DNA from: a virus | Virus record (IMG/VR): IMGVR_UViG_3300045988_021436 | Coordinates: 1 to 54,857 of that record | Length of the DNA: 54,857 nucleotides | Direction: 5' to 3' (one strand) | Shown: positions 1-5,372 of the stretch, piece by piece | How positions within the stretch are numbered: position 1 is the stretch's first letter | Layout: each line of letters opens with the position of its first letter | Notes under the pieces: generated by a model | Told to the model about the DNA's origin: nothing | The model's input: the letters and a program-made list of their open reading frames with translations, nothing else | Database searches by the model: none | Made by a program: the position numbers and the translations under genes

Positions 1-170
1 TGTGCGGAATATCCACTACTGCCAATCTGTGCGTAATTTCCACTACTGCCAATCTTTGCGGAATCTCCACTACTGCCAATCTTTGCGTAATTTCCACTAC
101 TGCCAATCTTTGCGGAATCTCCACTACTGCCAATCTGTGCGGAATCTCCACTACTGCCAATCTGTGCGGA
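1..170 (-). repeat. 27-bp tandem repeat (consensus tKtgcgKaatHtccactactgccaatc), about 6.3 copies here. It continues at 54796-54857 across the circular junction.
   Basis: Counted directly: units start at 1, 28, 55, 82, 109 and 136, with a partial unit at 163. The array is in frame on the minus strand and encodes the nonapeptide IGSSG(D/N/Y)(S/Y)A(K/Q). Confidence 0.95.
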
Positions 171-548
171 ATTTTCAGAAATATCATTTGATAATTCTGT
201 GTCACCACTTTCATATTTTGTTTTCTCTAACGTAAAATCAATGCACGCTTTCAAAAAACCTTTCAACCCAAGTTTTGCACCAATGTGTAATTTGGTTGTT
301 GCACACTTATCCTCTTGCTCAAACAACTCTCCCTGTGCCTCCACATCTGCAAATTCAGATATTTCGCCATTCTCATTTACAATTGGGTAATAATTCAACA
401 CATCCCACGGGTTCTTACAAAAGTGCATAACACCAGCATTGCAAATGTCTTTTCCGTTTTCTTCGTATGTTGTATTTTCCTTGTATTGTTTTCCACGACA
501 AGTCATATCCTTATTAAAGCCCTTATATCCTTTGATTTTTTCGCTCAT
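1..548 (-). CDS. 5' part of a junction-spanning gene. An N-terminal domain resembling DUF7666-type phage proteins (MSEKIKGYKGFNKDMTCRGKQY...) is followed by nonapeptide repeats. The gene continues at 54822..54555.
   Basis: The ATG at 548-546 overlaps the TGA of the upstream gene (ATGA). The frame is open to base 1 and in phase with the ORF ending at 54555 once the 35-bp overlap is removed, giving about 271 aa. It is missing from the ORF track because it runs off the window edge. Confidence 0.7.
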   Translation of the reverse strand, partial: MSEKIKGYKGFNKDMTCRGKQYKENTTYEENGKDICNAGVMHFCKNPWDVLNYYPIVNENGEISEFADVEAQGELFEQEDKCATTKLHIGAKLGLKGFLKACIDFTLEKTKYESGDTELSNDISENSAQIGSSGDSAQIGSSGDSAKIGSSGNYAKIGSSGDSAKIGSSGNYAQIGSSGYSA

Positions 549-1309
549 GCAACTACCTCCATGTCCGGCAAAATATCCTCTGCCTTTAACTTCTCGTACA
601 AGAACATTCTTCCTTTCTGCGTCCACACGGTAGATGTCCTTGTGCCGGTTGCTCCGTTCGTTTTCTCATAGTCATATGTTTTGTTCTGCACATACCCCTT
701 GCCTTGATATTCCGAATATAATATCCATTGGCTACCAACTTTCCGTTGAATACCAATGCCGGCAAGAATGTTATTGAACCGAACTGCAGTCATACCGTAC
801 TCCTGTGCGATCTGTGTAACCGTCATGCTATCCTTGGAAGATAAAATGCGGTCGACATAATCAACTTTCGGTGTCATGTCTGTAATTACTGCATCCATCT
901 GTTGAACGGTTCCTTGAAGTTCTTTAACTTCCTGTTCTTTTGCCGCAAGTAGCTTCTGTGCTTCTACTACTGCTAATGCAATCAATTCAGCACCGCTAGG
1001 CACTTTAGATTTAATAGCATCTTCCATTTCATGAAAACGGTTAATGTACTTTGCCGTAAATTCTGTACCCTTTACGCCTGTAAGCTTGTGTGCAATAAAC
1101 TCACAACCTTTCTTTGTTACTTGATAGCACGGCATCTTCTTATTCTGTGTATTGACATATGTACTTTCTGTAAAGAAATCGGACTGGGGAATATTCCCCT
1201 CTCCTAATTGACCGGCATATCTTCTAATATCTTTCAACAATTCGTTGTGTTGCTTTCCTACCATTTCAGCCACTTCTCGGCTGTCAATAAATTGTTCTAA
1301 TTGTTCCAT
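545..1309 (-). CDS. Rha-family phage regulatory protein / antirepressor (Rha-like N-terminal domain plus KilAC/ORF6C-like C-terminal domain)
   Basis: The N-terminus IDSREVAEMVGKQHNELLKDIRRY matches the Rha family signature. The C-terminal part MTVTQIAQEYGMTAVRFNNILAGIGIQ is typical of antirepressor C-terminal domains. The gene is second in the early leftward operon. Confidence 0.65.
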   Translation of the reverse strand: MEQLEQFIDSREVAEMVGKQHNELLKDIRRYAGQLGEGNIPQSDFFTESTYVNTQNKKMPCYQVTKKGCEFIAHKLTGVKGTEFTAKYINRFHEMEDAIKSKVPSGAELIALAVVEAQKLLAAKEQEVKELQGTVQQMDAVITDMTPKVDYVDRILSSKDSMTVTQIAQEYGMTAVRFNNILAGIGIQRKVGSQWILYSEYQGKGYVQNKTYDYEKTNGATGTRTSTVWTQKGRMFLYEKLKAEDILPDMEVVA

Positions 1310-1359
1310 CTGGATCTCCTTTCTTAAACTTGTTTTTTCCGAACTACAATTCTTGATTG

Positions 1360-1551
1360 CTACTTCATAAAAAATTCAATGTTTACATTGAAATAATCAG
1401 CAATCAATTTCAACTTATCTGCCTTTGGCGTGTATCGACCGTTTTTCCATTCAGACAGTGTTGCAGTTGAAACTCCTGTGTCTGTTGCAACTCGGTAAGG
1501 TGTTACCTTTTTCTCGTTGCACAAATCTTGAAACTTATCATAACTAAACAA
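1360..1551 (-). CDS. Cro-like Xre-family HTH regulator (63 aa)
   Basis: HTH segment GVSTATLSEWKNGRYTPKADKLKLIADYF. It is the first gene of the leftward operon and faces the cI-like gene. Confidence 0.75.
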   Translation of the reverse strand: MFSYDKFQDLCNEKKVTPYRVATDTGVSTATLSEWKNGRYTPKADKLKLIADYFNVNIEFFMK

Positions 1552-1578
1552 AATATCAACCTCCTTTCCAATAAGTGG

Positions 1579-1607
1579 TTGACATTAACTAAGATTTCTT
1601 ATATAAT
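1579..1607 (+). promoter_or_regulatory. Rightward sigma-A type promoter for the cI-like gene (TTGACA-17-TATAAT)
   Basis: TTGACA at 1579-1584, a 17-nt spacer, and TATAAT at 1602-1607. The spacer contains the operator word CTAAGATTTCTTA. Confidence 0.7.
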
Positions 1608-1732
1608 AACAATCGCCAAAAAGATTATTACATAGAAAAGATAACTATGTCACTCGCACTTATTTTTCTTAGATAGATAATAGCATAGTTTTCTTAGTGT
1701 GTCAAGATAAAATAACTAATTTTTCTTAGTTG
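1589..1732. promoter_or_regulatory. Operator set: four same-orientation copies of TTTCTTA(G/T), two of them inside imperfect palindromes
   Basis: Copies at 1595-1601, 1665-1672, 1690-1697 and 1722-1729. CTAAGAtTTCTTA lies at 1589-1601 and AACTAAtttttcTTAGTT at 1714-1732. Confidence 0.55.
1677..1705 (-). promoter_or_regulatory. Leftward promoter for the cro-like/Rha operon (TTGACA-17-TATTAT on the minus strand)
   Basis: Reverse complement of 1700-1705 is TTGACA, followed by a 17-nt spacer (cactaagaaaactatgc, containing an operator word). Reverse complement of 1677-1682 is TATTAT. Confidence 0.65.
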
Positions 1733-1750
1733 TTTTTTAGGAGGGAAATT

Positions 1751-2062
1751 ATGTATGAATTATTCCAAAAATTATTAGACGAAAAAGGTGTTTCTGCATA
1801 TGCAGTGGGAAAAGCAACAGGCATAAGCACCGCAACATTAACATCTTGGAAACAGGGGAAATATACGCCAAAGAAAGAAAATTTAAGAAAAATTACCGAC
1901 TATTTTGGTGTAGATAGAGATTATTTTGAGACAGGAGAAAAGTTTGGTTCTGTACCAACTTTCTCACCAGATCACATTGAATTAATTTCTGCATACGATA
2001 AATTGTCAAATGCGGATAAACTTGCTATAATGCAAATTATAAAAAGCCTAAGTGCTAAATAA
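1751..2062 (+). CDS. cI-like Xre-family HTH repressor (103 aa) with no S24/LexA-type peptidase domain
   Basis: The ATG at 1751 is preceded by taggaggg. The ORF-track start at 1730 is a TTG upstream of the RBS. The HTH GISTATLTSWKQGKYTPKKENLRKITDYF is nearly the same as the recognition region of the cro-like protein. Confidence 0.75.
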   Translation: MYELFQKLLDEKGVSAYAVGKATGISTATLTSWKQGKYTPKKENLRKITDYFGVDRDYFETGEKFGSVPTFSPDHIELISAYDKLSNADKLAIMQIIKSLSAK

Positions 2063-2077
2063 GAGGGAGGAATTTAT

Positions 2078-2788
2078 ATGGCATTAGTTAAATGTAAAGA
2101 ATGTGGAAAGGAAATATCTGATAAGGCTAAAACTTGCCCTAATTGTGGTTGCCCTATTGAGGATGAATTTGCAAAAACCGAAACCACGAAAGATATTCAA
2201 ACAGAACCGAAAAAGAATGAGAAAAAGAAAAATAGTAAATTAAGTACCATTGCGGCAGTGTTGGCATTTTTTACTGTAACTTCTCCGATAGCGTTTGTGG
2301 TAGCAATAATTGACTTGCTAAAAAGAGATAAGGAACACAAGCATACAGGCTCATGGTTCGCAATCATCTTCTTTATTGCACTTTTTTGGTTATTTAATGA
2401 CAATAAAGACAGTTCGTCAAGCAATAACTCAAAATCAGAAATCCAAGTAAATAAATTGCTTTGTGAAGATGAAAACATATCCGTGTATCTTGACCATATA
2501 GAAAACGGGAAAATTTACGTTAAGTATGTTAATCATTCAGACGAAAATAAAAATGTGTGCTATTCAGACTTAACTATAAATGGAACACGATATTATAAAG
2601 GGATATTTGTTCAAGAAGTTTATTCAAATGACGATTATATACAGAAATTAGATTTGTACGATAAAGAGGGAAACAAAGTAAATTACAACTACGAAAGCGG
2701 AACAATTTTAGGAAAATTTGAATACGCTGGTACAGGAATTAGTCTTATTGAGGAATTAGAGTTTAAAGAAACGGATTTTAACAAATAA
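2078..2788 (+). CDS. Zinc-ribbon membrane protein co-transcribed with the repressor (possible lysogen-expressed exclusion or moron gene)
   Basis: N-terminal CKECGKEISDKAKTCPNCG zinc ribbon, two hydrophobic segments (LSTIAAVLAFFTVTSPIAFVVAIIDLL and WFAIIFFIALFWLF), and the RBS agggagg. Confidence 0.5.
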   Translation: MALVKCKECGKEISDKAKTCPNCGCPIEDEFAKTETTKDIQTEPKKNEKKKNSKLSTIAAVLAFFTVTSPIAFVVAIIDLLKRDKEHKHTGSWFAIIFFIALFWLFNDNKDSSSSNNSKSEIQVNKLLCEDENISVYLDHIENGKIYVKYVNHSDENKNVCYSDLTINGTRYYKGIFVQEVYSNDDYIQKLDLYDKEGNKVNYNYESGTILGKFEYAGTGISLIEELEFKETDFNK

Positions 2789-2790
2789 AA

Positions 2791-2822
2791 AGAAAGCAGA
2801 GGAACGAACCTCTGCTTTTCTT
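2791..2822. terminator. Bidirectional intrinsic terminator between the convergent cI operon and the small LexA-controlled gene
   Basis: Stem GCAGAGG (2796-2802) / CCTCTGC (2809-2815) with loop aacgaa. An A-run lies on one side and a T-run on the other. Confidence 0.75.
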
Positions 2823-2928
2823 ATCCCCATTTTTCAATTGCACATCTAATAAATTCAAGCAAGTATCTTATCAATTTAACGTTCTCAATCTCATCAATCA
2901 GTTTCTTGATTTCCTCTTTTTCTTTCAT
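2821..2928 (-). CDS. 35-aa protein MKEKEEIKKLIDEIENVKLIRYLLEFIRCAIEKWG (candidate SOS-induced antirepressor or small regulator)
   Basis: The ATG at 2928-2926 lies 5 nt after the SD GGGGGTG. It sits directly downstream of a consensus promoter carrying a LexA box and is too short for the ORF track. Confidence 0.55.
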   Translation of the reverse strand: MKEKEEIKKLIDEIENVKLIRYLLEFIRCAIEKWG

Positions 2929-2962
2929 AATTCACCCCCATGTAGCGTTTTTGTTTTCACCC

Positions 2963-2991
2963 ATTATAGAACATATGTTCTTTCTTGTCAA
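2963..2991 (-). promoter_or_regulatory. Perfect consensus promoter on the minus strand (TTGACA-17-TATAAT)
   Basis: Reverse complement of 2986-2991 is TTGACA, the spacer is 17 nt, and reverse complement of 2963-2968 is TATAAT. Confidence 0.8.
2968..2981. promoter_or_regulatory. LexA binding site (Firmicute Cheo/SOS box, GAAC-N4-GTTC) within the promoter spacer
   Basis: AGAACATATGTTCT is a perfect 14-bp palindrome with GAAC at 2969-2972 and GTTC at 2977-2980. Confidence 0.75.
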
Positions 2992-3095
2992 TATAAGCGG
3001 GGCAACAGGAAAACGCCAATCAACCCATTGCCCCTTGCCAGAACTTGAAGCCCTCTTTTTGAGGACACGTTCATTGTACCATATACGTTATGAAA

Positions 3096-3145
3096 ATATA
3101 CCTATATTCATTCGTACTTTTCCGACACGATATACCTATATTCAT
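3096..3145 (+). repeat. Two exact 16-bp direct repeats ATATACCTATATTCAT, 34 bp apart, just outside the left inversion repeat
   Basis: Copies at 3096-3111 and 3130-3145. The region is non-coding. Confidence 0.9.
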
Positions 3146-3180
3146 CTTTTGTAGCATTTTAATTTTATTGTTTATTATTT

Positions 3181-3786
3181 TACAATAAATAGTAATTTAA
3201 CAAATGATTATACTCAAAACAAAGCACTCACCACTGGTACAAATATAATTTTTTCAAAAGATCTTTCTGCTGGTACATATTTAATTGTCGGCGAAGCACA
3301 GTTAGTTGGTACAATTAGCGGAAGATATGATTTATACGTAGAAGGTAACGGAACATCCGCTGGAGATACTTTTCCTAATGATTATAGTTATCCATGTGCT
3401 TGTGCAATGTTGGTATTATCTTTTACCGAACAAAAAACAATTCAATTAAAAATTTGGCAAACAGCAGTTACAACATTAAATAATGCACGACTAATAACAT
3501 TGCGCTTAAAATAATTTAGGAGTGAAATTATCGTACATTACAATAATGAATCATGATTGGTACATTGTTTGCAGTAAACGGATTGTAGAAATATACAAAT
3601 AAATTTCCAGAAGAATCAAAAGCATGTCCTATCACAAATTGATAATCATATGTCTGTGATCTTTCGATATTAACATCTAACACAAAGATATTTGATACAC
3701 CTATTTCTGATGGTGTAATTATACAATATGAATCTGACATGTTTTTTAACACAATTTTTCTTTTGACTAAATTACTATTTATAGTA
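3181..3786. other. Putative invertible DNA segment (about 0.6 kb) bounded by 19-bp inverted repeats
   Basis: tacaataaatagtaattta at 3181-3199 and taaattactatttatagta at 3768-3786 (its reverse complement with one mismatch). The perfect core is 15 bp. Confidence 0.7.
3182..3514 (+). CDS. Promoterless, start-less alternative tail-fibre C-terminal cassette (TINSNL-TNDYTQNKALTTG...ARLITLRLK*)
   Basis: The frame is open from 3155 to the TAA at 3512-3514, with no in-frame ATG/GTG plus RBS near its 5' end. The first codons duplicate the TINSNL segment of the fibre gene. Confidence 0.65.
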   Translation, partial: TINSNLTNDYTQNKALTTGTNIIFSKDLSAGTYLIVGEAQLVGTISGRYDLYVEGNGTSAGDTFPNDYSYPCACAMLVLSFTEQKTIQLKIWQTAVTTLNNARLITLRLK

Positions 3787-5372
3787 TCTATCTTTTCATG
3801 TAACACCTTTCCTTGATTTGCCGACAAGGATTTATCTGCATCCTGGCTTGTAAGATTATCTACTACCGGTCTCCATGTATCTGGTGGAACAGACCATGTA
3901 CCATCAGATCTTAAATATCTATTAGATTCTCCTGCACTCGGTGCAGGCGCATACCCTGCTGTGCCCGCCGACGAAGTATTTGCTCCTTTTAGTGCAATCC
4001 AAGTATCATTATCTGTAAATTTTGCATTTGCTGGCACATCACTATTTACTGTATGACCATTGACTTTTGTTGCGGAATCTGCGCTTCCGGCATTTTTTGC
4101 GTACTTAACACTTTTGTTTGAATCAGGTGTATTATCTACATTTCCTAGACCAATATTACTAGGGGTTATCTCTACATTACCTCTCCTATAACTAGATTCT
4201 GACGATCCTTTAATTCCCGTCACAGGGCTTCCAGCTAACACATCCCATTTACCACCAGAAGTTTTATAAACATTACTTCCTGCCGGTTCTGTAATTCCTG
4301 CACCCTCTACAAAATCTGACGTTGTAACAAATTCATCTGAAATGTTGTACATATCTCCATCTGTTACAGAAGAAACACTTGGAAGATTAGAAAACAAAAC
4401 AGTACCCATTGGTCTTAATGCTCCGCTTAAAGATTCTGAAATGTTTTTCACTTGATCGTAATACTTTTTAGAATTTGTTTCAGATACAAGTGCATTGTTT
4501 GCACTTTGTAAAGCGTTACTTTTCGATTCTGCCGCTGACGAAGAACTGTTGCTTGCACTTTGTTCTGATAGTTTAGCGTTTTCTTCACTCTTTTTTGCTT
4601 CTGTTTCGCTAGATTTTGCATTTGATTCAGAAGTGCTTGCGGCTAATTCACTTTTCTTAGCAGAATCACTACTATTTAATGCTTGTTGGCTATAATACTT
4701 AGAATTATCTATATCCTCATTTTCTCTACTGTTAGTTCCACCAATAGCATAGCTTTTAGATAATTTTGCGCTACTTTCAGCAGATTCTTTATATTGCTTA
4801 GCGTTGTTTTCGGATTCTGTTGCCAAATCACTTTTTTCTTTTGCTAATTCTGCCGCCGTAGTTGCTTTTGCTGATTCTGACTTGATATCAGCAAGGTAGT
4901 TAGGTTGCAATTTGCTTTCTGTAATGCTTCCGTCTTTGACAGTAAATGAATACGTCTTATTCACTCCGCTACCGCTAACAGAAACAGCTATTTGGTCGCT
5001 TTCGTTAAATGTAAGCACAGGTATCATAGAACCAATATTAGCAGTAAATTGTGTACCATCAGATGTTGTCATGGTAAGTATTCCGCTAGGTGACAATTCA
5101 AAGGTGACAGGTATTTTCTCAATATTTAAGTCGAACATAATCTTTGAGCCATCTTGCTTTTCAACAGTAATAACACCTGTTGTTTCATCCATAGTCCAAT
5201 TCTTGACCATGTTATTTACCGTTGTCTGATTGGCTTTTGTACTATCCTGTTCAATTACCCTGTTATCCAAGTCATCTATTGCCTTATCCATGCGGTTTAG
5301 GTTTGTTTCGTTAATTGCCGTGGATGTATTCGGATAATTTTTCCAAATAATTCTACTGTAAACCTTGTTCAT
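3528..5372 (-). CDS. Tail fibre protein (614 aa)
   Basis: It is the last gene of the tail operon. It has a long Ser/Ala/Glu/Lys-rich coiled central region and Gly-rich segments typical of fibres. Its C-terminal 79 aa lie inside the invertible segment. Confidence 0.75.
   Translation of the reverse strand: MNKVYSRIIWKNYPNTSTAINETNLNRMDKAIDDLDNRVIEQDSTKANQTTVNNMVKNWTMDETTGVITVEKQDGSKIMFDLNIEKIPVTFELSPSGILTMTTSDGTQFTANIGSMIPVLTFNESDQIAVSVSGSGVNKTYSFTVKDGSITESKLQPNYLADIKSESAKATTAAELAKEKSDLATESENNAKQYKESAESSAKLSKSYAIGGTNSRENEDIDNSKYYSQQALNSSDSAKKSELAASTSESNAKSSETEAKKSEENAKLSEQSASNSSSSAAESKSNALQSANNALVSETNSKKYYDQVKNISESLSGALRPMGTVLFSNLPSVSSVTDGDMYNISDEFVTTSDFVEGAGITEPAGSNVYKTSGGKWDVLAGSPVTGIKGSSESSYRRGNVEITPSNIGLGNVDNTPDSNKSVKYAKNAGSADSATKVNGHTVNSDVPANAKFTDNDTWIALKGANTSSAGTAGYAPAPSAGESNRYLRSDGTWSVPPDTWRPVVDNLTSQDADKSLSANQGKVLHEKIDTINSNLVKRKIVLKNMSDSYCIITPSEIGVSNIFVLDVNIERSQTYDYQFVIGHAFDSSGNLFVYFYNPFTANNVPIMIHYCNVR

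Noticed and set aside
1-170. The 27-bp repeat array considered as a CRISPR array.
   Set aside because: The units are directly adjacent with no spacers, and they are in frame within a protein-coding gene that spans the circular junction. No cas genes are present.
4480-4880. The Ser/Ala/Glu/Lys-rich repetitive centre of the tail fibre, and the Gly/Ser run in the tape measure protein (about 10690-10760), considered as special repeats.
   Set aside because: These are ordinary coiled-coil or linker low-complexity segments of fibre and TMP proteins. They have no exact DNA periodicity.
3155-5372. A diversity-generating retroelement acting on the tail fibre.
   Set aside because: No reverse transcriptase is present anywhere in the window. 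There is no template/variable repeat pair with adenine-specific differences. The two tips are unrelated sequences joined by inverted repeats instead.
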